DNA of 50,351 nt, taken from the NCBI GenBank assembly GCA_019058275.1, contig JAHLVW010000105.1, forward strand, positions 1 to 50,351, in the 5' to 3' direction. The notes beneath the pieces are model-generated. The model ran no database searches. It saw only the letters and a list, made by a program, of their open reading frames with translations, and had not been told where the DNA came from. Positions 29,833 to 39,925 of the stretch are shown here, piece by piece. A program made the translations under genes and the position numbers. This DNA comes from Candidatus Heimdallarchaeota archaeon. GTDB taxonomy: Archaea > Asgardarchaeota > Heimdallarchaeia > JABLTI01. How positions within the stretch are numbered: the first letter of the stretch is position 1; every line of letters begins with the position of its first letter.

Positions 29833-30582
29833 TTATTCGCTTTTTCTTTCAACTATTTTAACTTCAGCTTTTCCTTTTGTTAGCTGATTGATTTTATCTA
29901 GAAAATCAGCTTGTTTCCCAGAAGGCATTTCTACTTTTGCGTACCATGTTCCATCATTACCCCATTGATCTTCTATTAAATCACCTGCTGAAGAAACAAT
30001 GCCAAATCCAGGACCTGTGAAATCAGGTGTAATTTTAACTGCAAGAACAACAGATTCCAATCGAATTGGTATAATTGCTTGAATCTCTTTTATGACATCC
30101 TTTGCTTGTTTATCTGCGGGTAGAACATAGTCGATATTTACACCAGCTTCATCCATAGCTGATTCAATTCTTGTCTTTGGATGGGGTTTATTTGTTTGAG
30201 GATTTATACAGTGAATATGTATGAAATCTATGATTTCATCTATCTTGTCTTTTAATAACCTCTTTCTTTGTGATTGAGTTAATTGTAATGCACCCTTTTG
30301 TAAAATAATCTTAACAATTTCCTCTTTATTAGATGTTTCAAAAGTTTGTTCTAAAATCACTTCTGAAGCTTTTGAACCTTTTGTTGCATTGTGAAAAATA
30401 ACATATCCTTCCACAATATCATTTATAGGAACATCTTTGCCTTTTTTGTAATCCAAGGCGGTTTCAGGATCAACAATGATTTCAAATTTTTGATTCCTAT
30501 ATGTATATCTAACAAGAGCTTTTTTCTCGAGATCTATATATTGACGTCTCTCACCAGAATCATGAGACATAGTTTTCACCAT
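29833..30582 (-). CDS. Ribosome maturation protein SBDS/Sdo1
   Basis: KFEIIVDP, KGSKAS, QLTQSQR, INPQTNKPHP.TRIE.AM, LTKG. Confidence 0.95.
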   Translation of the reverse strand: MVKTMSHDSGERRQYIDLEKKALVRYTYRNQKFEIIVDPETALDYKKGKDVPINDIVEGYVIFHNATKGSKASEVILEQTFETSNKEEIVKIILQKGALQLTQSQRKRLLKDKIDEIIDFIHIHCINPQTNKPHPKTRIESAMDEAGVNIDYVLPADKQAKDVIKEIQAIIPIRLESVVLAVKITPDFTGPGFGIVSSAGDLIEDQWGNDGTWYAKVEMPSGKQADFLDKINQLTKGKAEVKIVERKSE

Positions 30583-30680
30583 TTATTTTTTATTTCGCTT
30601 TTTCTTTGGTTTAAGTGAAAACAAAAAATTCCATTTTTTTCCCGAATTCTTTCCAATGAAAAGACATTACTCATACTATG

Positions 30681-30801
30681 AACCAAAAAGGTGTTGATTC
30701 AGACTCATGAGTTTGTAGGGACTCGGTCAATCGAAAGAGTAAATTATTAGATTAGCAAAGCCAATCTAAGGACATTTTTGTGAGGACCGAACTTTATGGT
30801 T
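30681..30801. ncRNA. Candidate structured RNA or leader element upstream of the exosome operon
   Basis: Nested inverted repeats AACCAAAAAG/CTTTATGGTT, TCGGTC/GACCGA and TTAGATTAGC-AAA-GCCAATCTAA in an ORF-free intergenic gap; a T-tract follows on +. Confidence 0.35.
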
Positions 30802-30954
30802 TTTTTTGCCTTACATGCTTTTTGAAATTCTTTGAGTAATTAAATTTTACCTAAAGAGTGATTAGAAAAGTATCATTTTTATCTATTATGAAGTTATAAT
30901 TTAATTCTGACAATTGAAAAATAAGAAAAGAAAAATGTAAGAAAGAAATTCTTA

Positions 30955-31383
30955 CTATGATTTTGTGGTAGCTTCTTCTCTAGGTGTTGTTGTCATTATG
31001 AACCATAGAGTAATCAGAATTACTCCTAGTGTTGTTCCACCAAAAACTATCCAACTTGTTGGGAAATTACCTTGATTTCCTATGAAAATAGCTGGAAGTA
31101 GTATTATAATCATACAAATAATAACTTCTGTCCATCCTGGAAGAGCATTCATTTTTTCTCGGATGCTGCCAACTAATAGTAACATGCAGAAATAGAGCAC
31201 CCAGAAGAGTAAGATAACAAATATATATAAAACATAAACATTGAACAGCCAATTTAAACCTGCTATGGGATTTCCCTCAATATCGTAAAATGACATGAAA
31301 ATTATAACTGCCAATGAAAGAACAAAGAATATTGAAGAGATCAGTATTGTTCTATTGGTTTTATCTCGCCATAAAGTGGACAT
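30955..31383 (-). CDS. Hypothetical membrane protein (4 TM)
   Basis: Four hydrophobic segments. Confidence 0.7.
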   Translation of the reverse strand: MSTLWRDKTNRTILISSIFFVLSLAVIIFMSFYDIEGNPIAGLNWLFNVYVLYIFVILLFWVLYFCMLLLVGSIREKMNALPGWTEVIICMIIILLPAIFIGNQGNFPTSWIVFGGTTLGVILITLWFIMTTTPREEATTKS

Positions 31384-31638
31384 GTTTTCTAAGCAACTCC
31401 GAATTTATTTTTTCATTTTCAGGATTAATTTTTGATTTTCTCCTTGCTTTAAAATTGTTATCATTTATTTAAGTATTATTCAAACTTCAAAGTTTCAGAG
31501 TAATTATCCATTGTTATGCATTATTATTAATAAATCAAATTTTCTTACAATGATTGAATAAGATTAATGGTTTTTTAACCAAAAAATGTATTAAAGATTT
31601 ATCTTATTTTGTTATCAGTTGTATTTACTGGTGAATTG

Positions 31639-31846
31639 TATGTCTAAAAAAACTAAAGGTAAAGAAACAACAGATGTATGGAGACCAGATGTATATATCT
31701 GTAATGAATGCAATCACCGATTCGCTAAGGCTGAATATATCACTAAAGAAGAAGATGGATTAATGTTTCAAAGAACAGTCTGTCCTAATTGTAAAAGTGA
31801 GCATATTAGACTTTCCTCATGGTCAGAAGAAGATTTCAAAAAATAA
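31639..31846 (+). CDS. Small zinc-ribbon protein
   Basis: YICNECNHRF...CPNCKSEHI; ATG at 31639. Confidence 0.65.
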
Positions 31847-31875
31847 TGTATTGTATCTCTTGTTTTGCCAGTTTT

Positions 31876-32163
31876 TTAATCTACTTTTTCAAAACCCAAT
31901 ATAACAGTTAACAGAAAGATAATAACTCCAGCAAAAGCAATCCAAAATCCAACGTTTTCTCTAATAACAGTAGGATTTTTATAAAAAAGTATCAAACCAA
32001 TTATCATTAAAGCTAAGGAAATTACTACAAAAGTTATTGTAAATCCACTAAATTTAATAAATGATTTCCAATTAACCTTAGGTTTAGATTCAGGAAAATC
32101 ACTAATTTGTACATCTAAATTTTGGATATCATCATTTGTCTGTGGATTATCAATATCTGGCAT
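31876..32163 (-). CDS. Hypothetical membrane protein (2 TM)
   Basis: Acidic N-terminus and two TM segments. Confidence 0.6.
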   Translation of the reverse strand: MPDIDNPQTNDDIQNLDVQISDFPESKPKVNWKSFIKFSGFTITFVVISLALMIIGLILFYKNPTVIRENVGFWIAFAGVIIFLLTVILGFEKVD

Positions 32164-32338
32164 AAACTAAATTATAGTTTATTTCATTTGATAACCATTT
32201 CGGAAAAAACGAAATAAAAAAGAAAAAACTGGAAAACTATGCCATCAAAAAACCTATAAAGCTGTTAAAGATTTTTCGAGAATTAGTAAGAAAGCATGTT
32301 TAGAAATCTTTTATTTAAAAAAAAAGAGGTCAAAATAA

Positions 32339-35300
32339 ATGGCTATTTTCAAAGAAGTTGAAACCTTTGTTCAATTGCCGAAGATTGAAAAGAAAATCCT
32401 GAAATTCTGGGAAAAAGAAGATGTGTATTATAGATTTAGAGATGAAAGAAAGGATTTGAAAAAATATATCTTCTTAGAAGGTCCACCAACTGCAAATGGT
32501 TTACCACACGTTGGGCATGTATTAACCAGATGTTTGAAAGACCTATATATTAGGTATAAAATGATGAATGGATTCTTTGTTTCTCCATTAATTGGTGGAT
32601 GGGATTGTCATGGTTTACCTGTTGAAATTGAAGTTGAAAAGCAGTTGGGTTTGAACTCAAAACCAGAAATCTTAGAATTTGGCGTTAAAGAATTTAACAA
32701 AATGTGTAGAAAATCAGCTTTAAAATATATCAATGACTGGGAAGAAATGACCAAACGAGTTGGTTTTTGGATTGATTTAGATAAGGCCTACATTACAATG
32801 GAAGATTATTATATTGAATCAGTTTGGTGGAGTTTAAAACAGTTATATGATAAAGAGCTTTTAGTTAAAGGATATAAAGTAATTCCATCTTGTCCAAGAT
32901 GTGAAGTTACACTTAGTAGTCATGAGTATTCTCAAGGTTTGAAAGAAACTGATGATCCATCAATAACAGTAAAATTCTCAGTTGAAGGTGAACCAAATAC
33001 TTACTTCTTGGCATGGACAACAACTCCTTGGACCTTGGTCTCAAATGTTGGTTTAGCAGTTGGTTCAAAGATCAAATATGTCAAAATCAAACGTGAAAAT
33101 GAAATTTACTATTTAGCGGAAGATTTAGTTTCAGCAGTTTTCCCTGATAAAGATTATGAAATATTAGAAAAAATGAAAGGTAAAGACCTTGAGGAAATGA
33201 GATATGAGCAATTAATCCCATATGCGAAAGTTTCTGTTAAAGATAAAAAGAATGCATTTCGAGTAGTTACTGCTGATTTTGTTAATACAGAGGAAGGAAC
33301 TGGAATTGTTCATACTGCACCAGCTTTTGGTCCAGATGATTATGAATTATCTTTACAAAAGAATTTACCATTTTTACAACCTGTAAATACTGATGGCACC
33401 TTTAAGGAGGAGATCACTCCCTGGGCTGGTGTATTCATTAAAGATGCTGATAAAGATATAATGCGAACACTTAGAAAAGAGAACAGATTTGTTACAGATA
33501 AGGTGGAAAAACATACAAGCGGTTTCTGTTGGCGATGTAATACACCAACAATGTACTATGCTCGAGAAGCTTGGTTAATTAGAATGAGTACATTACGGGA
33601 AAATATTCTAGCAACTAATGAACAAATAAATTGGGTTCCTGAACATTTGAAACATGGAAGATTTGGTGATTTCTTAGATAATATTGTTGATTGGGCATTA
33701 AGCAGAGAAAGATTCTGGGGTTCACCATTACCTATTTGGATTTGTTCTTGTGGGAACACAGTTTGTATTGGTGGAATAGAAGAGCTTAAAACATACATGA
33801 AAAAGGATCTGCCAAAGGATTTTGAATTGCATCAACCTTGGATAGATGAAATTGCGTTTTATTGTCCAAAGTGCAACAAGAAAATGAAACGAGAACCTTT
33901 TGTTATTGATTGTTGGTATGAGTCAGGATCAGCCTTCTTTGCACAATGGCATTATCCTTTTGATAATAAAGAGGAATTTGAAAACCATTTCCCAATTGAC
34001 TTTATTACAGAAGCAATCGATCAAACTCGAGGATGGTTCTATACACTTCTAGCTATAAGTACAGCATTGTTCGACAAGCCAGCATACTTGAATTGTCTTA
34101 CAATGGGACATGTATTGGATAAAAAAGGAGTAAAAATGAGCAAGCATTTAGGCAATATTGTAAAACCATCATCTGTCTATAACAAAATTGGAACTGATCC
34201 AATGCGTTGGTATTTCTTCTCCACACCTGTTTGGAATCCAACAAGATTCTCAGCTGATGTAATCAAACAAGCTAGACGAATTTTCTTTGATACTCTTTGG
34301 AATGTTTACTCATTTTTTGTAACAAACATTAACATTGACAATATTAATCCTCTCAAAATAGAGAGCAAATTAGAAGAACGCTCAGAACTTGATAGATGGT
34401 TAATCTCAAAACTAAACTCTCTTATAATCATCGTTAGTAAAAACTTGGATGAATTTCAATCTCATAAAGCTGCTGAAGCTATTAAGAGATTTGTTGTTGA
34501 TTATTTAAGTAACTGGTATGTAAGAAGATCTCGCAGGAGGTTTTGGAGTTCTGAGATTGCAAAGGATAAAACTGATGCACTAAGTACTCTTTATGAGACA
34601 TTAGTTACTCTAACCAAATTATTAGCACCATTCATTCCTTTCATAGCTGAAGATATGTACCAAAATCTTGTACGAAAGTTATTGAAAGGAGATGAAAAGA
34701 ATGAAAAACTCAGTATTCATTATGAATCTTATCCAGAGAAGAACATTAAAGCAATAGATATCCATTTAGAGGAAGCTATGGATTATGCAATATCCATAGT
34801 GGAAGCTGGAAGAGCTGCAAGATCAGATGCTGATATTAAAAATCGAATCCCATTACAAGAACTAATTATCGTATGTCCAGAACCGCAACAAAAGATGACT
34901 GAGAAATTCTTAGTGGAAATAAAAGAGGAGCTAAATGTCAAAACGGTGAATTTCCAAACTGAATTTGAAGAAATGGTTGATTATCAGTTCAAACCAAAAT
35001 TCCGATTGCTTGGACCTACATTCAAACAAGAAGCACCAATTATAGGTAAGGCTATAAAAAATCTTGCTGGAGAAAAAGCAAATGAAGCAGTTATGGAACT
35101 AAAGAAGAACTATAAATTCAAACTTGAAACCGAAAATGGTGTTTTTGAAATTGATGAAGAACTTTTAGAGGTTATCTCGAGTGGTAAAGAAGGATACGCA
35201 GATGCTGCTTTTAGCGGAGGTCAAGTGTTTATCAGAACTGAATTAACGCCTGAACTTATTCAAGAAGGATTAGTAAGGGACATCATAAGAAGAATTCAAT

Positions 35301-35524
35301 CGATGAGAAAAGAAGCAAACCTAGAATATACACAAAATATCAAACTTTTTTACAAAGGTGATGAAGATATTAAAACAACCTTTGAAAAATGGAGTGACTA
35401 CATCAAAACTGAAACATTGACTGCAGCAATTAAAATAGGAACCTCAAAAGAGGGAATTTCTTCAGAATGGATAATTAACGATAAGAAAATTGTTCTAACA
35501 ATTATTCCAATAGATGAAAAATGA
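32339..35524 (+). CDS. ileS: Isoleucine--tRNA ligase (type 2)
   Basis: EGPPTANGLPHVGH, GWDCHGLP, WTTTPWTL, GTGIVH, DQTRGWFY, KMSKH. Confidence 0.97.
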   Translation: MAIFKEVETFVQLPKIEKKILKFWEKEDVYYRFRDERKDLKKYIFLEGPPTANGLPHVGHVLTRCLKDLYIRYKMMNGFFVSPLIGGWDCHGLPVEIEVEKQLGLNSKPEILEFGVKEFNKMCRKSALKYINDWEEMTKRVGFWIDLDKAYITMEDYYIESVWWSLKQLYDKELLVKGYKVIPSCPRCEVTLSSHEYSQGLKETDDPSITVKFSVEGEPNTYFLAWTTTPWTLVSNVGLAVGSKIKYVKIKRENEIYYLAEDLVSAVFPDKDYEILEKMKGKDLEEMRYEQLIPYAKVSVKDKKNAFRVVTADFVNTEEGTGIVHTAPAFGPDDYELSLQKNLPFLQPVNTDGTFKEEITPWAGVFIKDADKDIMRTLRKENRFVTDKVEKHTSGFCWRCNTPTMYYAREAWLIRMSTLRENILATNEQINWVPEHLKHGRFGDFLDNIVDWALSRERFWGSPLPIWICSCGNTVCIGGIEELKTYMKKDLPKDFELHQPWIDEIAFYCPKCNKKMKREPFVIDCWYESGSAFFAQWHYPFDNKEEFENHFPIDFITEAIDQTRGWFYTLLAISTALFDKPAYLNCLTMGHVLDKKGVKMSKHLGNIVKPSSVYNKIGTDPMRWYFFSTPVWNPTRFSADVIKQARRIFFDTLWNVYSFFVTNINIDNINPLKIESKLEERSELDRWLISKLNSLIIIVSKNLDEFQSHKAAEAIKRFVVDYLSNWYVRRSRRRFWSSEIAKDKTDALSTLYETLVTLTKLLAPFIPFIAEDMYQNLVRKLLKGDEKNEKLSIHYESYPEKNIKAIDIHLEEAMDYAISIVEAGRAARSDADIKNRIPLQELIIVCPEPQQKMTEKFLVEIKEELNVKTVNFQTEFEEMVDYQFKPKFRLLGPTFKQEAPIIGKAIKNLAGEKANEAVMELKKNYKFKLETENGVFEIDEELLEVISSGKEGYADAAFSGGQVFIRTELTPELIQEGLVRDIIRRIQSMRKEANLEYTQNIKLFYKGDEDIKTTFEKWSDYIKTETLTAAIKIGTSKEGISSEWIINDKKIVLTIIPIDEK

Positions 35525-35610
35525 CTAATGCAAAGAATATTAAGCATTCACAATACGACCGCTATTAAGAAAAAACAAATATAACAGTATAAATTTGTTA
35601 AAAAAAAGAG

Positions 35611-35886
35611 ATGAAAAAATTGGCAAGAATTGTCGGTACTTATAAAATTTTACCAGAAGATCCATCTATTGAACCAGCAACAATTAAAGAACGAGTAGAA
35701 AAGGCTCTCCCAGAAGATATGAAAGTGACTGCAAGTGGAGAACGACCAATAGCTTTCGGTTTGAAAGCTCTCGTTGTTGACATCAATTTTGCTGAACAAG
35801 ATGGATTACAAGATGAACTTGAAGCAATCTTGGAAAAAATTGAAGGTGTTAGTGAAATAGAAGCCTTACAATTATTTAGATTATAA
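35611..35886 (+). CDS. ef1b: Translation elongation factor 1-beta
   Basis: KILPED...PIAFGLKAL...IEGVS. Confidence 0.92.
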   Translation: MKKLARIVGTYKILPEDPSIEPATIKERVEKALPEDMKVTASGERPIAFGLKALVVDINFAEQDGLQDELEAILEKIEGVSEIEALQLFRL

Positions 35887-35935
35887 TTTCGTTTAGATAG
35901 CTAGTAGATATACCTACTACTACTAAATCACCTTT

Positions 35936-36997
35936 TCATTCTTCTAGTAGGATTATAGAACCAATTGGGATTGTAATAAAAACATCTTCACCTTTTATGA
36001 ACATTTTTTGAACTTGTGAGCTAGGTTCTTGTACATCCATTTTTGTATCATTTAATTCAACTATTATATCGATATATGGACCACCAAAAGAGGATTTTAG
36101 AATTTTAGCTGGAAACTCATTTTGTACGTTCTTTTTTTCTTTTGAAATAAAAATATGCTCAGGAAATATTGCTATACTTTCTACTTTAAATTCTTTATTT
36201 ATTGGTGATGGCAGTTCTAAGACCCCAAAAGAGGTTTTTAAAAGAATCGTTTCTTTCTTTTGAGTTATTTCCCCAGATAAAATATTTGAAATGCCTAAGA
36301 AATCTGCTGTAAACTGCTTTTTAGGATGCAAGTAAAGGTGCTGTGGTGTTCCAGATTCAACAACTTGTCCATTGTTGAGTAGGATGATTCTATCGGAAAT
36401 CTCCATAGCTTCTTTTTGATCATGAGTCACATAGATTGTTGAAACTTTCACTTTTTGCTGAATTTCCCTAATAGCAACTCTAAGAGATTCCTTTAGAGTC
36501 ATATCTAAAGCGGAGAGTGGTTCATCTAATAATAGTAAATCAGGATTTGGAGATAATGCTCTAGCAAGAGCAACTCGAGATTTCTCACCTCCACTTAATT
36601 CCCTTGGATATCTCTTACCTTTACCTTGGAGTCCTACTAACTCTAACATTTCTTTTACACGTTCAATTTTCTTTTCCTTTCCCCATTTTCTGGTTTCCAA
36701 ACCAAAAGCAATATTCTCTATAACAGTTAGATGAGGAAATAATGCATATGATTGAAAAACAAAGCCTATATTTCTTTCTTCAGTAGGAACAGCTGAGACA
36801 TCATTTCCATTAAATAAAACCTCACCGGAATCTAATTCGATTAATCCAGCTATTAATCTAAGAATGGTTGTTTTTCCACTACCACTAGGACCTAGTAAAG
36901 TTATGAGCTCTCCATCTTGTAATTTAAAACTAATATCTGTAATTGCTATTGAATCTTCAAATGCTTTACTAATATTCTTCACTTCTATTGATGGCAT
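35936..36997 (-). CDS. ABC transporter ATP-binding subunit (PotA/ThiQ/FbpC type, TOBE domain)
   Basis: GPSGSGKT, FQSYALFPHL, LSGGE, LLLDEP, VTHDQ. Confidence 0.92.
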   Translation of the reverse strand: MPSIEVKNISKAFEDSIAITDISFKLQDGELITLLGPSGSGKTTILRLIAGLIELDSGEVLFNGNDVSAVPTEERNIGFVFQSYALFPHLTVIENIAFGLETRKWGKEKKIERVKEMLELVGLQGKGKRYPRELSGGEKSRVALARALSPNPDLLLLDEPLSALDMTLKESLRVAIREIQQKVKVSTIYVTHDQKEAMEISDRIILLNNGQVVESGTPQHLYLHPKKQFTADFLGISNILSGEITQKKETILLKTSFGVLELPSPINKEFKVESIAIFPEHIFISKEKKNVQNEFPAKILKSSFGGPYIDIIVELNDTKMDVQEPSSQVQKMFIKGEDVFITIPIGSIILLEE

Positions 36998-37167
36998 TAC
37001 TCAAACCTTTACTTCTTGCATTTTTTTGATTCTAGTAGTGTTACTAGATATATTCAGTATTAATAAACTAATATGGAAAGATTAGATTATTATTTATCTT
37101 ATATGTACCTTAAATTTATAATCCCTAAATATTATTGGATCATATCAATTACTCATGGTAATAGACA

Positions 37168-38820
37168 ATGGCGACTAAACAAATCGGAAAAAAGACTTTA
37201 ACTATTGTAGGTCTATTAACTCCGATTTTACTGATAGCATTATTTTTGCTATTTCCAGTTTTCTCAGTTCTTATTTCAAGTGTAGTTGATGATTCTGGTT
37301 TTACTTTTTCATATCTTGCAAGTGTCTTTGCAGACCCTTTCTATTACAAGCTCTTTGCATTTACACTATCTCAAGCAATTTTAAGTACAGCTATTTCTCT
37401 TCTCATTGGTATCCCTATTGGTTATTTATTTGGAAAGTATGAGTTCAAAGGTAGAAAATTCTTGTTAACGATTTTCACAGTACCTTTTGTTTTACCATCA
37501 GTTTTGGTTGGTATGGGATTTTTGGGTATTTTTGGTGAGCAGAATGCATTAGGTAGCCAACTATTCATAATTGTTTTAGCTCATGCCTTTTACAACATAC
37601 CACTAGTCGTCCATTATTTATCCGCATACTATCAGAACTTCGATAGAGAGATAATAGATGCAGCTAAAACATCTGGTAGTAAAGGTTTACATCTTTTTCT
37701 CAGAGTATATTTACCATTATTCTTACCACCAATTTTAACTGCTTCATTGCTAACATTTATTTTCTGTTTTCTGAGCTTTGGGATTATCATAATCATTGGT
37801 AACTTTAGAACATTGGAAACACAAATTTTTGCTGAGTTTAGAAGTGGTGAAACAAATATAGCAGCAGCTTTAGCAGTTTTGCAATTATTAGTTATACTTG
37901 CAATAATATTCGTTTACCTGTTTAACATTAGAAAACGAACACAAGAAGAAAAAACAATGACTACTAGTAGTAAACCAAGAGAGAAATTTCTCATCAAACA
38001 ATTTTTCTCTAAAAAAGCAAACCTATTAATAGCATTTGCTTTCATCTTTGGAATTGTTTTGGAAATTGCTCCGTTAATTAGCATACTTGTGAGATCCTTC
38101 TGGGATCCTCAAAATTCCATTTTTACGCTTAATAATTTTAAAACGATATTTTTACTTGAAACTAACAACTATGTTGGTGTTTCAATTCCAAGGACATTGT
38201 TAAATACATTACTTTTTGCGTTAGGAGCAACATTGCTTGCAACCTTTCTTGCAGTAATCACTGTTGCTGCTTTAGGAAGACAAAGATATCAGAAACGGAC
38301 AATATCCTATGAATTAATGACTTATATCCCAATTTCAATTTCTTCTCTTACGCTTTCATTAGGGATTTTACAAACTTTCATAAATTCAAGCTTTTTCAGC
38401 AATTACCCGTGGATATTTATCATTATAAGTCAAGGTTTGCTTGGATATCCATTTGTAACAAGAGCTCTTCTAAATGGTTTGAGTACTATTGATCCTGAAC
38501 TTATAGATTCTGCAAAAACCTTAGGAGCAAATTGGTTTTATAAACTTAAGAAAATCTATTTACCTCTATTATTACCAGCATTTGTTGCTGGTGTAGCATT
38601 TGCTTTTGGATTGAGCATTGGGGAGTTTACAACTGCAAATTTCTTTTACTTGAACAATAGCTCAATAGCAACATTGACTGTAGCTCTCTATCAATTACGA
38701 TCAGTAAGGCAATTTGGTCCATCAAATGCTGTTGGAGCACTACTTCTGATTATATCATATGCAGCGTTCTTTATTTTGGAAACCTTAGGTGCTCGAGAGA
38801 AAACTTCAACCAAAATTTAG
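37168..38820 (+). CDS. ABC transporter permease, duplicated (ThiP/FbpB type)
   Basis: Two EAA-like loops (IIDAAKTSG, LIDSAKTLGA); PFVLP, LAHAFYNIP, FIFCFLSFG as in ThiP. Confidence 0.88.
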   Translation: MATKQIGKKTLTIVGLLTPILLIALFLLFPVFSVLISSVVDDSGFTFSYLASVFADPFYYKLFAFTLSQAILSTAISLLIGIPIGYLFGKYEFKGRKFLLTIFTVPFVLPSVLVGMGFLGIFGEQNALGSQLFIIVLAHAFYNIPLVVHYLSAYYQNFDREIIDAAKTSGSKGLHLFLRVYLPLFLPPILTASLLTFIFCFLSFGIIIIIGNFRTLETQIFAEFRSGETNIAAALAVLQLLVILAIIFVYLFNIRKRTQEEKTMTTSSKPREKFLIKQFFSKKANLLIAFAFIFGIVLEIAPLISILVRSFWDPQNSIFTLNNFKTIFLLETNNYVGVSIPRTLLNTLLFALGATLLATFLAVITVAALGRQRYQKRTISYELMTYIPISISSLTLSLGILQTFINSSFFSNYPWIFIIISQGLLGYPFVTRALLNGLSTIDPELIDSAKTLGANWFYKLKKIYLPLLLPAFVAGVAFAFGLSIGEFTTANFFYLNNSSIATLTVALYQLRSVRQFGPSNAVGALLLIISYAAFFILETLGAREKTSTKI

Positions 38821-38821
38821 T

Positions 38822-39811
38822 TTAACAAAAAGGTGATTGGCGTTTTAGAACTCTTTTCTTTGCTTTTGTTCTATCAACTTTTCGAAGGCCATATTTCCAA
38901 CCTTCAGGGATAATTATATTAACAGCATCTGGGATATACTGTATTTCCATTCTTTTTGATTTTCTTGAAGGTATTTCTCCTTCGCTTTCCCAGGTATGAG
39001 GTTCTTCACTCTCAACTACAACATGTTTTCCTCGTAGAACTTCAATATATTTACCAAATTTTCTATGATTAATATGTTTGCCATTAGTAGCTTTAAGAAT
39101 AACTCTCACAAGTTTCAAACCTTTCAAATCTCGTAAAATGAAAATTGCGAAATCACCTAAACGGGGATTATTCAAAGGAAGAATTTCAAAATCACTAATA
39201 ACATCTGTTAAGGAAACTGCTACTGCTGAGGCATTTACTTCTCTTACAATTTCATTGTCAATAGTTATTTTAGTTGGTATCGGAGAATATTCAAGTGCTA
39301 TTCTAATTGCAGCATAAGCATATCCAAGCTCACCATGAGCCCATTCAAAACGATCAAAAAGAGATTCAGAAGCTTTGCCAATTAATCCTCCATTGATCAT
39401 TTCAATGAAATACCTTTCAGAATCGCCTTTAGCAAACCCTACAGGGAATTTCTCAGAATATCCTTCACTAATTATTTCAAAAGCTCTATCAAAATCACGA
39501 GGGATTCCATGTGTTTTGTGTGAATCACAAGCGCTTCCACCTGCGACCAATCCAACTTTAACATCAGTTTTTGCAGCAACATTGATGAGCTCATTAAGAG
39601 TACCATCACCACCAACTGCAATGAGGGTTTTGTAACCATCTTCTAAAGCTTTTTTACTTATAGGTATGCCATCACCTATATTTCTGGTAAATTCATAGTG
39701 GAAATCACTGAAGATTCGTTTAGCTGAATTTAGAATTATATCTGTTTTTTTTCCTAAACGCTTATTGTCAGCATTTGGATTAATAATTAGAAATGGAGTA
39801 TTGTCTGCCAT
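38822..39811 (-). CDS. Diacylglycerol kinase family (DAGK/YegS) kinase, divergent motifs
   Basis: IINPNA, AVGGDGTLNE; GSACD in place of GTxND; EGE in place of DGE. Confidence 0.82.
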   Translation of the reverse strand: MADNTPFLIINPNADNKRLGKKTDIILNSAKRIFSDFHYEFTRNIGDGIPISKKALEDGYKTLIAVGGDGTLNELINVAAKTDVKVGLVAGGSACDSHKTHGIPRDFDRAFEIISEGYSEKFPVGFAKGDSERYFIEMINGGLIGKASESLFDRFEWAHGELGYAYAAIRIALEYSPIPTKITIDNEIVREVNASAVAVSLTDVISDFEILPLNNPRLGDFAIFILRDLKGLKLVRVILKATNGKHINHRKFGKYIEVLRGKHVVVESEEPHTWESEGEIPSRKSKRMEIQYIPDAVNIIIPEGWKYGLRKVDRTKAKKRVLKRQSPFC

Positions 39812-39925
39812 TTGACTTAAATCTCCTGAGCAATGGGATTAATTTTTTGTTCGTTTAGTTATTTATAATTGTGTCGCTGTAGATTTCTTTTTGATTGCAA
39901 ATTAATGTTGCAAGTTCTATATTGA

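Noticed and set aside
30667-30742. Hammerhead-ribozyme-like words (CTCATGAG...CGAAA, TTACTC/GAGTAA)
   Set aside because: The core has CUCAUGA instead of CUGAUGA and lacks the required UH at the cleavage site
31639-31846. Zinc-ribbon protein as the missing RpoP
   Set aside because: CxxC spacing is too long, and the C-terminal basic K-x-R strand of RpoP is lacking
37000-37167. TPP riboswitch before the ThiP-like permease
   Set aside because: No CUGAGA or other aptamer core; the region is very AT-rich
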